From Octopus sinensis (Eukaryota), in the NCBI RefSeq assembly GCF_006345805.1, contig NC_042999.1, forward strand, positions 42,346,001 through 42,410,000: 64,000 nt of DNA, in the 5' to 3' direction. Position 1 is the stretch's first letter; each line of letters begins with the position of its first letter. The notes under the pieces were generated by a model. The model was given only the letters and a program-made list of their open reading frames with translations. It had not been told where the DNA came from and made no database searches. The position numbers were made by a program, and so were the translations under genes. Shown here one piece after another: positions 24,970 through 37,632 of this stretch.

Positions 24970-26224
24970 GAGGGGCATTCAATAAGTAATGCCCCTAACC
25001 CACGTCCCATAGCAGTAGAGCAACAAAACTTGGCACAGTTATTAGTTTTTTTCTACATAGGAACCACCCAGAGTTACGCATTTCTCCCATTGTTTGATGC
25101 ATCTCTGGAGACCGTTTTTGTAGAAGACCCCAGCTTGGTCCTCCAACCACGACGTGACTTCAGAAATCAAGGCTGCATCATCTAGAAAACGCCTTCCTTT
25201 CAAAAACAACTTCATGGCTGGGAAGAGGTGAAAATCAGAGGGTGCAAGGTCAGGAGAGTAGGGAAATGGGAGAGGAGTTCATAGCCGCATGCCTGTGCTT
25301 CTGATCTGGCGACACGCAAGTTGTGGACCGGAGCGTTGTCCTGAAGGAGGAGGATGCCTTTGCTGATCTTGCCCCGCCTCTTGATTTTGATAGCATCTCT
25401 TAATTTCCTCAAAACTGAAGCATAATAGGCTCCTGTAATTGTGGTACCCTTTGCCAGGAAATCTGTCATCACTACTCCGTCCTGGTCCCAGAAGACTGTG
25501 AGCATGACCTTGCCAGCGGAGAGCTGCACCCTTGCCTTCTTTGGAGGAGGTGAGTCACGGTGCTTCCACTGCATTGACTAGGTTTTGATCTCTGGATCAT
25601 AGTGATAGACCCAGGTTTCATCCTGTGTAATCAGTCTTTTGAAAAATTTTGACTCATCTTCTTGGCACATCTCCAAATTCATCCTCGAGCACTCGACGCG
25701 TTCTTGCTTCTGGAAAGGTGTGAGCAACCTGGGAATCCATCTGGCAGACACCTTTTGCATATGCAGATGGTCATGAATGATAGTTTCCACAGACCCGGTA
25801 CTAATCTTGACCTCATGGGCTATTTGACGAATAGTTATGCGTCGATCTTCCAAAATGACAGCCTCAACTTGACGGACAGATGCCTCATCAATAGCAGAAG
25901 GGGGGCGACCAGATCTGGGAGCTGTTTCCACAGAGTTCCGACCATGTTTGAATTCACGATGCCAGCGTTTTACAAGGTCATATGATGGGGCATCATCACC
26001 ATAAGTTACTTTCATTTCATCGAAAGTCTCCTGTGGTGTGCGTCCGTTCAAATACAAAAACCGGATTACTGCTCGACACTTAACAGGCTCCATTTCACAC
26101 TTGACTCAGTTCAAACACCTGTAAATCAGAAACAACAATTAGTTCAGAGCTGTAATTTACTACTTAATCTATAGATCAAACAACTACAAGTGGGTCAGAG
26201 GCATTATTTATTGAACGTCCCTCG
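24969..26224 (-). mobile_element. Full-length mariner (D,D34D) element, 1256 bp
   Basis: TIRs CGAGGGGCATTCAATAAGTAATGCCCCTAACCCA and CGAGGGACGTTCAATAAATAATGCCTCTGACCCA(rc); TA duplications at 24967-68 and 26225-26 within TA runs. Confidence 0.95.
25042..26093 (-). pseudogene. Mariner transposase (~350 aa) with one nonsense codon and one 1-bp deletion
   Basis: MEPVKCRAVIRFL...WIPRLLT...TQDETWVYHYDPEIKT*SMQWK...LQDNAPVH...GYELL/(frameshift)YSPDLAPSDFHLF...YVEKN*. The premature stop is at 25578-25580, the frameshift near 25265 and the natural stop at 25042-25044. Confidence 0.93.
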
Positions 26225-26501
26225 TATATATATATATTAACCGGTGTTGTTCAAACGATGAATAGCTTCGCGTAAACCATTGGTTCGTTTTGTTCTCTTA
26301 CTTTATTATCATCTTATAATCATGTCATAATAATGACTTTTATGACTCGTATTACTACCTCAGTCAATCTAAATGTATATATTTGTCGCTACCTGTCATA
26401 AATAGCCTTTTTCTATTTGCAATATGCATTTTCGTTGATTTTTCATATTTTACCCTTACATTTCCACGTGTATTTTGTATTTTATTTTCGTAACATATTT
26501 C

Positions 26502-26540
<39 letters not shown>

Positions 26541-27193
26541 TTAATTGTAATTCTCTCTAAAGGAGACTATGGCAGCTGTACTGGATATCAATAGTTATCG
26601 CCAAGCTAACATGGCTCTCCAGAAAAATAGTCGCCTTGGCAGATGGCTGCTCTGGTGCTGGAAAGAAAGTATTGTGATTTCATAATTGACTCGTGTAAAA
26701 ACGAGAATTATAGAATTCTTTTTTGAGGCCCTGGATTGCAGTTGCAGGAATGCCTGCAAGTTGCAAGGAAATTACTCAGGGAAGGATTGTAGCGGTTTAT
26801 CACCTCCAATTTGTGTATAAATTGTGTTTTATAATTGTATGGATATACTGTATTTTATATATATTGTATTTTAAATTGTAAGAGGGTTAATACCTCTGTA
26901 TAAGTGTTTTTAAAGAACAATGTTTTAGAGAAGCTTTCTGTCTTCTCCCATCTTGATCATTTTTGTATCATAATCATTCGCCTCATCGATGTCTGTGTCC
27001 AGCCCGCAAAGCTACCTATGTGCTGCCTACATAGCAAATTTGATGAATAAAAGTAGCTTGCTTACCAACCACATGGTTCCAGGTTCAGTCCCACTGCGTG
27101 GAACCTTGGGCAAGTATCTTCTACTATGGCATCAGGCCGACCAAAGCCTTGTGAGTGGATTTGGTAGACGGAAACTGAAAGAAGCTCGTCGTA

Positions 27194-27234
<41 letters not shown>

Positions 27235-28144
27235 TTGTCTGTGTTTGTCCCCCCAACATCGCTTGACAACCGATGCTGGTGTGTTTATGTCCCCGCAACT
27301 TAGTGTTTTGGCAAAAGAGACCGATAGCATAAGTACTAGGCTTACGAAGAATAAGTTCTGGGGTCAATTTGCTCGACTAAAAGCGGTGCTCCAGCATGGC
27401 CACAGTCAAATGACTGAAACAAGTAAAAGAGTAAAAGAGTAATAGTAGTCTGTAAACATAGGTAACTATATTATTTACCAAAGAAAGTGTTATAGGTATG
27501 TGATTATTTTTTTTTTATTTTTACTTTTTTTAAATTTTATATCCTGAAATCTATATTATCATTTAAAGTAGAAGGCAAAACATTGAGACAAATGTGTACA
27601 CAACTACACTTATTTACTTACAGATTCCAACTATTTCATTTATTAATATTTAATCCACTGGCTAGACGAGACACGTTCAGATTATTATACTGGGCATCAC
27701 TATTTCATCAAAGTATTTCAAATATATTAACTATTTACTTAAGATTTCAAAACAAAACAAAAGTTGTTGTTTTTATTATCTTATATTCGGATTAAGTGCT
27801 TTGTACAGATTCAGAATTTTACGTGAACAGCTAAACAATATATTTTATAGATGGGTGTAATATCACTCAACTATAAAACAGAAATAGTTATCTATTTCTC
27901 AGAAAAGTTTGTGAAAGTATTTTTAATGCTGGAACGTAATATACTAATGTATGATTGAGGGATACTAACAGTTTTCAAGATTTCTCTTTATGACCCTTTT
28001 ACTAGTTTTTGTTTATTTTTTTATTTTATTTTTCATGTTACTTTTTTTTTGGTTTTTCTTTCTCTCTGTGCTCTCTGCATGTATCTTTAGTTTTCAATAT
28101 TGCCTTTCTTTACTTTGTGTTATTGGTGTTTTCTGTCTCCTCTT

Positions 28145-28640
28145 TCACATATTTCTTATTTCTTTACTGCCCACAAGGGGCTACACACAGAGGGGACAAA
28201 CAAGGACAAACGGATTAAGTTGATTATATCGACCCCAGTCGATATAAGGCGGCAAGCTGGCAGAAACGTTAGCACACCGGGCGAAATGCGTAGCCGTATT
28301 TCGTCCGTCTTTACGTTCTGGGTTCAAATTCCGCCAAGGTTGACTTTGCCTTTCATCCTTTCGGGGTCGATAAATTAAGTACCAGTTACGCACTGAGGTT
28401 GATGTAATCGACTTAATCCATTTGTCTGTCCTTGTTTGTCCCCTCTGTGTTTAGCCCCTTGTGGGTAGTAAAGAAATATATATCGACCCCAGTGCGTAAC
28501 TGGTACTTATTTAATCAACCCCAAAAGGATGAAAGGCAAGGTCGACCTCGGCGGAATTTGAACTCAGAACATAACGACAGATGAAATACCGCTAAGCTTT
28601 TTGCCTGGTGTGCTAACGTTTCTGCCAGCCCACTGCCTTA
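28145..28640. mobile_element. Family C SINE (+, 28240-28479) inserted inverted into another family C SINE (-)
   Basis: 14-bp TSD ATATCGACCCCAGT at 28226-28239 and 28480-28493; the outer pieces rejoin to one minus-strand copy. Confidence 0.85.
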
Positions 28641-29607
28641 ATATCTTTCACATATTTCTGGTGAGATATAGTGCACTTAAGTACTGTCATCATCATCATC
28701 ATCATCATCATCATATGTCCATTTTCCATGCTGGCATGAGTTGGACAGCTTGACGGGAGCTGGCTAGCTGAAGAGCTGCCGGGCTCCATCCGTTTTGCCA
28801 TGGTTTCTATGGCTACATGTGTGCCCTTCATAACACCAACCACTTTACAGAATGTACTAAGTGCTTTTATGCAGCACCAGCATGGGCACTTGTACCTGGC
28901 ACCGGCATTTTAACATAGCACAGACGCAGGTGCTTTTTATGTGGCACCAGCACCCCACAAGTACCCAAGATTAAAATAGCTCAGCTGAAGTAGGGTGTTG
29001 GGGGCCATGCCTGTATGCAAGTACAACCACGATTTTACTTAGCTTGATGTGTCTTCTCAAGCACAGCAAACCACCAGAAGGTGGCCCCAATGTCTGAAGA
29101 TCCTTTCTCACCACTTTGTTTCACATCTTCGCTTTCCACACAATCCCTCCACAATTAAAGATCAGCTCTTCTTGATGCAGCTGTCCTCATTCATATGCAT
29201 CACATGTTGTACCAGCGCAGTCTTCTCTCTTGCACACTACACCTGATGCCATGTATACTCAGTTTTTCTCTGGGTGTATTGTATATAATAAAATTATTAT
29301 TTTATTTGTCTGTTTAACTTCCAGCTCTACAAGTTCTGAGTGTGTAAAATGAAATAGTAATTTTGTATGTATGTGTCTGTGCATGTGTGTGTGTGTACAT
29401 CATCATCATCATCATCATTTAACATTCATTTTCCATGCTGGCTTACGATGGATGGTTGACAGGTGCTGGCAAGGCTTGGCGCCATACCAGGCTCTGTTGT
29501 CTGTTTTGGCCTGGTTTCTACAGTTGGATGCCCTTCCTTTTATGTAGCACCAGCACTGGTGCTTTTTACAGGCATACTTACAAACATATACATATAACTA
29601 TATGCAT

Positions 29608-29674
<67 letters not shown>

Positions 29675-29689
29675 ACATATGTAGGTCCA

Positions 29690-29910
29690 GGCATTACTTC
29701 TCAGCCATGAAGGTTGACAACAGGGACAGTTTGAATTTAGCCAGTTTGAACATAGTTTCCACAGCATAGAGAAGCTCCCAAGCACAGCCAGTCTTAAATT
29801 CCTCTGTTATGGCCTGGAGGACTATGATAAACAAGAGCAAGCTGAGAGCTAATCCTTGGTGAACTCCTATCAATACACTAAATTCTTTGCTATACTCATC
29901 ACCAACTTTC
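29690..29910 (-). mobile_element. RTE RT fragment
   Basis: VGDEYSKEFSVLIGVHQGLALSLLLFIIVLQAITEEFKTGCAWELLYA (RT motifs 4-5 region, truncated before DD). Confidence 0.8.
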
Positions 29911-30920
29911 AACATTTTGTGATATTCAAAATGCTGATTTCATAGTTAAAAACTTGGTTATTGTACTAAATTTTCCCTAGTTTTTGATTATTTTCACAAT
30001 GAATTGTAACACACAGGCTGTGTATTTCACTAGTGATGTGGCTGTGAAAGGTTTAGGATTAACACAACAGAAGCAATAGAGTACCTTGTGGTGTTTCATT
30101 CTGCCTTATATCATTGATGTTTGAAATCCAAATTCAAACCCTGCCAAAGTCATTAAAATAAGTACCAGTAGCATGCTGGTATCAACTAAATCAACTATAC
30201 TTTCTCCCCTTGTCCCACAGATATGTGGCCTTATACCAATGTAACAATTTGATATTCTATTGTGTCTGGGGAGAGTCATTTTCTTTTTGTGCCTTATAAT
30301 GTAACACACTCACCTGTAAAATGTCCACTTATTTCTTATTTTTATTTTCCTAAAATTTTCATTGCGTCTTGCAACCTTTTCAATAGTCTTGACTCTGTCC
30401 GTTATTTACACTGCGTTCCCTTTTGTTTGTTTGTGCGCATGTGTGTGGATCAGTGTGTGTGTGTGTGTCTATACATGCATACATGTATGTATGTGTGTGT
30501 GTGTTTGCATGTATATATATGTGTGCATGCATATGTACGTATGTATGTGCATCTGTATGTACGTATCCTGCATATTTATGTGCTTGCCTGTCTGTGTTTG
30601 TGTATTTTCTATGTATGTGTTTGTATATGTATGCACCTCTGTCTCCTTGTGTGTGCATATCTGTGTGTGTGTGTGTTATGTAACTATGTACCATGTATGG
30701 ATGTGTGGATCCATGTCTCCATATGTGTCTGTTCTTGTAACCTATGTACCTATCCGTCTGTATGTTGATCTGTTTATTTACATATCTAAATGCTTACATG
30801 CAGAAATAAAAAATAAAAAATATAAAAAATATAACAAAATATAACAAAAAAAATAATGATGATGATTAAAAAATTTAATATTATTTTATTTATCTGAAGT
30901 ATATTTTGTAATATTCCAGA

Positions 30921-31688
30921 ATGGAAGTTGAAGAAGCCATTTCTGAAGAACCTGATATACAGAGACTTCAAATAAGTGGTGGAGAGAATGATAATCGTAA
31001 AGATATTTCTAAATCAGGCATGCTTCTTGATGAACAATCGTCAGAAAGATTAAATTTTGTTGTTGTTGGGGATAATTTGACTGATATTCCATTAGAGGGT
31101 AATAGTGATGATCAAGGTTCACAGTTCATTCAGCCACCCGCTTCAAACAGGGATCTCAAGCCTCATGTTGAAGACATGCTTCAGAGACTAGCTCATTCAT
31201 CGGCGCACTTTAAACACCAACAGAGAAATGAGCCAGACCTGACCCCAAGTCAGAAATACGAAATCGCTCGTGAAATATTTGAAAATAAACCCCATCTGTT
31301 CTTAGCTCGTTTCAAACAGCATCTCGCCATGAAAGACATACCCTGTTTCCAGGAATATGCTGGAGACTACGAAATAGACTTTCATCTCAGTGAGATACAA
31401 AAGTGGGATAGTAAAAATTACAAACGGAAAAAAGTCAAGAACCGACGGTACAAAGCGCTGATGGAAATGATGTCCATAGGCGATGAATACTTCACTGAAG
31501 ATGCCATGAAATCTCGCGATCCTTTGTTATATGAAGAGCTCATTGGGCAACATCTAACTGAAGAGGAAAGAGTGGAAAAGGCTAATAGTATTATGGCCAA
31601 GAATGAAAATTCTCTTTCTCAATTTCTTCTAAGACACATTGAACAGCAGCAGGAGAATGCTCTTTACTACTCATTGAAACACAAAGAG
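30921..31688 (+). CDS. CCDC97: Coiled-coil domain-containing protein 97, coding exon 1 (256 codons, phase 0)
   Basis: HFKHQQRNEPDLT...KPHLFLARF...DFHL...KNRRYKAL...EYFTEDAMKSRDPLLYEELIGQHLTEEE matches the CCDC97/DUF2052 signature; donor GAG|GTAAGT at 31688/31689; acceptor TTCCAG|A just before the ATG. Confidence 0.93.
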
Positions 31689-31924
31689 GTAAGTCAATAG
31701 AGATATATTTATCCTATATTTTTTTTACATGTTTCAATCATTGGGCTGTGGCCACGCTGGGGCATGATCTTGAAGAGTTTAATTTAACAACTCAACCACC
31801 CCCGTACTTATTTTATTTTTTAAACCTAGGACTTTTATGATATCTTTTGTTGGACTGCTAAGTTACAGGGATGTAAACAAACTAACACCAGTTGTTAAGC
31901 AGTGGCAAAGGACAAGCAAACATG

Positions 31925-31979
<55 letters not shown>

Positions 31980-32707
31980 CAGACTTCTTTCAGATTCCAA
32001 CTACCAAATCCACTCACAAGACTTTGGTCAGCCCGGGGCTATAGTAGAAGACACTTGCCCAAGGTGCCATGCAGTGGACTAAACCTGAAACCATGTGGTT
32101 GGAAAGCAAACTTCTTCAGCAACACAAGGACTAAAATAGGTAACTCATCAGAACATCAAAAGAAATGCCTTTGGTTTCTGGCATTCTGAGTTCTAACCCA
32201 CCTGGGTCAATTTTTGCCTTTCATCCTTTTGGGGTCAATAAATAATGTACCTGTGTAGGATGGTTGACTGATCAAATTGTAAATGTCAGATGAAATGCCT
32301 TACAATATTTGCTCTGATTCTTTACATTCTGTGTTCAAATCCTGCCATGATCTACTTGGGTTAACGGTTTAATCTATCACCCAGTTTAATAACCCCACCC
32401 CTGGAAACTATAGTGCTTTTAGCTCTGTTGCAAGCATTTGGGTTTAGCTCTCTGCTCTGAGTATAACTCCCTCCCTCTCATCAGTCACAGCAGCCTTGCA
32501 AAGGCTCATGGACATTATTCCCTTTCAGACTAAAAGATAAAAAAAACAAGAAGCAAAACAAAAAAAAAGACACTAACACATTAGGCCACTGCTTGTTTTT
32601 CACATGGTTTCAGGTTCAGTCCCATTGCATGGCACCTTGGGCAAGTGTTTTCTGTTATGGTCCCCAGGCCAACCAGTGCCTTGTGAGTGGATTTGATAGA
32701 CCAAAAG

Positions 32708-33172
32708 AGAGCTGGTTAAATCTTCCCTCTGGATAGAATTATCATTCCCAAATAAATTAGTGCTTAATTGTTGTTATTTCAATAGATTTATATTCAAAGA
32801 CATTCCAACTGTGACCATCTTGTCATTTATTTTCAAGCATAGTACGTCATCTCTAACTACCTTTACTATTGACTGTGCCTATCATTTTAAAAATGATATG
32901 GTGTTAAGTTGAGGTCTAGTTGCCTGCTGTTTCTAGCATTAAGAGAGTTGGCTAAATCTTCCCTCTGTATAGGATTATCTGTCCTAAATAAAATGGTGCT
33001 TAATTGTTATTAATTCAGCAGATTTATATTCAAAGACATTCCAACTGTGACCATCTTGTCATTTATTTTCAAGCATAGTACGTCATCTCAAACAACCTTT
33101 ACTATTGAATGTGGCCGTCATTTTTAAAATGATATAGTGTTAAGTTGAGGTCTAGTTGCCTGCTGTTTCTAG
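32708..33172 (+). repeat. Direct tandem duplication, ~235-bp period, in CCDC97 intron 1
   Basis: Units start GAGAGCTGGTTAAATCTTCCCTCTG (32708) and GAGAGTTGGCTAAATCTTCCCTCTG (32943); both end GAGGTCTAGTTGCCTGCTGTTTCTAG. Confidence 0.92.
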
Positions 33173-34344
33173 GATTTCTAGCAATAACCCCCCCCCCATC
33201 CTTATTGTTTGTTGCTATGTATTTATTATTGCTTAATAATCTAAATTCATTGTTTGAGCTGGGAGCACAATGATATTGTACAACACGATACTATTTCTGT
33301 GAATCAAATATTTGCTTATACTTACTGTTACCTGATTAGAATTTCTCCAATAATCTGTTCAACATGGGAAAAACTTTTCTGATTACATCGAACCTTTAAT
33401 CTATCAAAAGGACATTCAATTCATCTAATTTGTTCTGTTCTTCTCATCTCACAAAATCCTTTCTGTTATCTTGCTGCAAATCTCTTCATTAAACTAATGC
33501 TAATCTCATCAACCAAATCCATATATAACGAACGAGAAATGCAAATGAGCTGTGTCTTTTATCTTTGCCATGACTGCAATGACTTCTGGGGGGCTTATTT
33601 TTGAACTAACTACCCATACACTAATCTTCCCCAAACATTTCCAGTTTCCCCATTATTTTCCCCCCTTTTTGTGTTATTCCAATTTAGTTTCTTCTCTGAT
33701 TCCATACTTAACACTTTGTGCAATCTTTTCACCACCAAAAGACATAAAACGGCAATTCTTTGGAACTTTCTCATTGCCTAATTATTTTTTGACCTCTATT
33801 AACATCAACCAGTGAAAGTTCAAGCTTCTTTAAGCTACATGGATCTAAGGGAAGCAGAAGCCATTGTAATAGTGGTGAAGAAACAGCAAATATTCTTAGA
33901 AAATATTGTTGTGTCAATAAAAGAAATCAGTATTGAACTGATTGCATGTTATGATACTTTGTTATATTGATCCCAGAAGGATGATAGACAAATTTGATTG
34001 AGGCAGAATTTAAGCTCAGAATGTAAAGACTTATAATAATACCATGAGGTGTATTGTCCAATGTTAATAATTTTGCCAATTCACCAACTTATATGATCCG
34101 GTACCTAAGGTAGTGAACTAGCAAAACCGTAAACATGCCAGGCAAAATGTTTGGTGGCATTTCATCTATCTTTATATCCTGAGTTCAAATTCCACCAAGG
34201 TCGACTTTGTCTTTTATGTTTTCAGAGTCAATAAAATAAGTGCCAGTTGAACTCTGGGGTCAATCTTACCTTACCCAAAATTTATCCTTACCCAAAATTG
34301 CTGACATTATGCCAAAACTTGAAAGCAATATTATGTAGTATCTA

Positions 34345-34640
34345 TGGATACCTATTCCGAAAAGCTAGGTGAGCTCCTAAAGATATCTTGTGCCTATTCC
34401 CCATAAGATTAATAACCAAGGCAATTCACTGCTTTAACTGATCCAGTACTTGTTCCTGAAAGATAGATGAATACGACAGTTCATTACTTAAGTTGATCCA
34501 ATGTCTATTCCTAAAGGTTGATAAATAAGTCAAATTCACTGCTTGAGCTGATCTGGTGCCTATTCTTAAAAGTCTAATGAATAAAGCAATTCATTGCTTC
34601 AGGTGATCTGGTTTCTATTTCCAAAAGCTTGATCAACTAA
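34345..34640 (+). repeat. Degenerate ~55-bp minisatellite (5-6 units)
   Basis: The pattern GATC..GT(G/A)C(C/T)TATTC.T.AAAG....ATGAATA..(G/A)CAATTCA(C/T)TGCTT recurs at about 55-bp spacing. Confidence 0.7.
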
Positions 34641-35387
34641 AGTAATACTAAAGAAAATGTTCTGTCCAAGAACAGAACGATTTATCTCTAGTGGTTTGGA
34701 AACTATGTGTTGGTAGTCCAATATGTTCCTCACTTTGCCATCCCACCCATAACTTCATGTGACTCTGACACTGACCTCAGTGGACCAAGGATCTATAAGC
34801 TATATGCCATCAGCTCCAATCTCTCTAGCTGAACTTCATCATCATCATCATCATCATTTAACATGTGTTTTCCATGCTGGTATGAGTTGGATGATTTAAC
34901 AGGACTGGCCAGCTGGAGTCTGTTTCGGCATGGTTTCTATGGCTGGATGCCCTCAACCACTTTACAGAATGTACAGAGTGTACTGGGTACTTCTTATGTG
35001 CTACCAGCATGAGTGCATTTTACCTAGCACCAGCACAAGTGCATTGCATGTGGCACCAGCATGAATGCATTTTAGATAGCACCAGCACCTGCAGGACATA
35101 GGCTGTGAGAAGGTGTGAGGACATGGCCTTAAAGGACATACCTGTATGTAAGGTTGGCCATGATTTACCTTAGCTTGTCTCAGTCCCCTGTCATCTCTTC
35201 AGTGAGGTCCAGCATCTGAAGACCCCTTCTCCCCACTTCATCCCACAACTTCCTGGGTCTACTCCTTCCACAAGTTCCTTCCATAATTAGAGTGGTATTT
35301 CTTTAAGCGTTGAAACATAATTAATTGTATGACATAAAATATTACAAACGTGATGATTTTCTTTTGTGTTTTTTACTGCTTATTCAG

Positions 35388-35433
35388 GAAGAGTGTTTTG
35401 AAGAATTTGACTCAGACTCAGATGAAGAAATTG
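35388..35433 (+). CDS. CCDC97: CCDC97 coding exon 2 (46 nt; EECFEEFDSDSDEEI)
   Basis: Pyrimidine tract and TTCAG|GAA acceptor, G|GTAATT donor; acidic linker as in CCDC97; phase 0 in and phase 1 out fits both neighbours. Confidence 0.85.
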
Positions 35434-36563
35434 GTAATTCCACTTTTACTAATTATCATTGTTGATATTCTTGTTAATATTGTTAGTTATGGATTGGCAC
35501 AAATGCCTTTTGGTAGTTGTTCTGGCTCTTTACCTTCTGAGCTTAAATCCCACCAAGGTCCAAGCATCACTGTGTGGTTAAGAAGTTCACTTTCCAACCA
35601 CATGGTTTCAGTTTCAGTCCCATTGCATGGTACCTTGGGCAAGTGTTTTCTGTTATGGTCCCCAGGCCAACCAGTGCCTTGTGAGTGGATTTGATAGACC
35701 AAAACTGAAAGAAGCCCATCGTGTATGTGGGGGTGGTAGGAGTGGGGAGGGGATATGTTTGTGACTCATTGTCTTGACATTGCATGATAGTTGTAAATGA
35801 GTGTCACTGTCATACAAGCAGTGTCATTTCAATATTTCATAAAAACATGTCTAGCCAAGGGGAAATATTGCTTTGCTCAGAAACAGGTGAAGGTTGGCAA
35901 CAGGAAAGGCATCCAGCTGTAGAAAATATATCAATATATATATATATAATAGGCACAAGTGTGGCTGTGTGGTAAGAAGCTTGCTTCCCAACCGCATTGT
36001 TCTGGATTCAGTCCCACTGCGTGGCACCTTGGGCAAGTGTCTTCTACTATAGCCTTGGGCTGACCAAAGCCTTGTGAGTGGATTTGGTAGGTGGAAACTG
36101 AAAGAAGCCCATCATGTATATATTATATGTGTGTATATATTTGTGTGTGTTTGTGTCTGTGTTTGACCCCCATCATCATTTGACAACTGATGTTGGTGTG
36201 TTTATGTCTCTGAAAGTTGGGGATTCAACAAAGGAGACCGATAGAATGAGAGTACTAGGCTTGCAAAGAATAAGCTCTGGAGTCGATTTGTTTGACTAAA
36301 GGCGGTGCTCCAGCATGGCTGCAGTCAAATGACTGAAATGTGTAAAAGAACAAAAGAATATATATATAAATATATAATGTTTGTATGTGTCTCAGGCTGA
36401 ACAAACCTTGTGAATAAATTTTCTTTGTTGTGTGTGTATTTGTGCGTATGTGTGCTCATGTGTGTGTGTGTGTGAATTGAAATTTCCTTTACTTATATTT
36501 ATTTGTGTATATTTGTATTTTTCTTGATAGTTATATATTTTTTTTCTGTTGTATTTGTCATAG

Positions 36564-36678
36564 AAATACCTGCCAAAAGGAAACTTTCCAAACCTGAGAA
36601 GAAAGAGTTACGGGCTGAATTCCTTCACATAATGCAAGAAAGATTCTTAGATGGGAAGGATCTTGGGTATGACTACAG
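36564..36678 (+). CDS. CCDC97: CCDC97 coding exon 3 (115 nt; EIPAKRKLSKPEKKELRAEFLHIMQERFLDGKDLGYDY)
   Basis: CATAG| acceptor, AG|GTATGT donor; conserved LRxEFxxxMxxRFLDGKDxxxDY motif. Confidence 0.95.
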
Positions 36679-36746
36679 GTATGTTCTGTTGTGTGTTTGC
36701 CTTTTGTTGTATAGCTCTCCATCAACTTGAAGCAAATATATATATA

Positions 36747-37632
36747 CATGGTCTGATCAATAAGTATCCAGACTGTTGCTATAGTAATAAAACTAAAATA
36801 TGCAGAGTAAAGCCACTTTGCACAGATTGACTTTGAACTCTGCTGGGCATGCCCACTAAGTTTTTACATTCTAGCTCCCTTCTGCTGTTTACAGCAGTGC
36901 TTGGAAGGAATGTGTGTAGCATGTGATAGTCACATTGAACATGACAGAGAAAGTTGAGCAGAGAATCTGCATCAAATTTTGCCAAAAGCTTGATGATACC
37001 TACTCGGAGGCCTATGCAAAGTTTTCACAAACTTTTCATTTTTCTCAACACAATCAAGGAGATTTTGTGCAACTGAAACCCAAGTGCCTTTTTGGTCAGC
37101 TGAAAGCAGTTTTGACATGAATCAGGCAGACGTGCTTCTCACCCAAATCTTCAGTGATAATGGACTGAACTGAGCTGTAACTAATCTGTACATACTCTGA
37201 TAACTCATGGGTGGTGATTCAACAATTTTCCCTCACAGCTGCATGCATGTCTGTGATCTTTTTCTCAGTTCTACTGGTTGCAGGTCTCCCAAAACATTCA
37301 TCACTATCAACATTTTTCGGCCATCCTGGAAACGTCAGAACCACTCGTACACTTGTGTGTGGCTCATACACTCCTCTCCATACACTTTCTGCAACTTTGC
37401 ATAGGCCTCTGAGCAGGTATCACCATGACAGCTTTCTGTGTCGTGGTCAGTGTGACAATCACACACTACACACCTTCCTTCCAAGCACTGCTATACACAG
37501 TGATCTAGAATGTTAAAACTTAGTATGAATGTGCAGCAGAGTTCAGGATCAATCTATGTCAAGTGGCTTCACTCTGCATGCTTTAGCTTTGTTACTATGG
37601 CAACAGTCCAGATACTTATTGATCAGACCTTG
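36747..37632. mobile_element. Second mariner derivative with two 5' ends, in CCDC97 intron 3
   Basis: TIRs CATGGTCTGATCAATAAGTATCCAGACTG and CAAGGTCTGATCAATAAGTATCTGGACTG(rc), ~270-bp inverted arms. The + arm encodes MTEKVEQRICIKFCQKLDDTYSEAYAK; the - arm encodes DTCSEAYAKLQKVYGEECMSHTQVYEWF*RFQDGRKNVDSD. Confidence 0.85.

Noticed and set aside
26559-26685. AAGGAG-N3-ATG Shine-Dalgarno-like start with a 38-codon ORF (bacterial insert?)
   Set aside because: The ORF is short and unrecognisable, with no operon-like neighbours; expected by chance.
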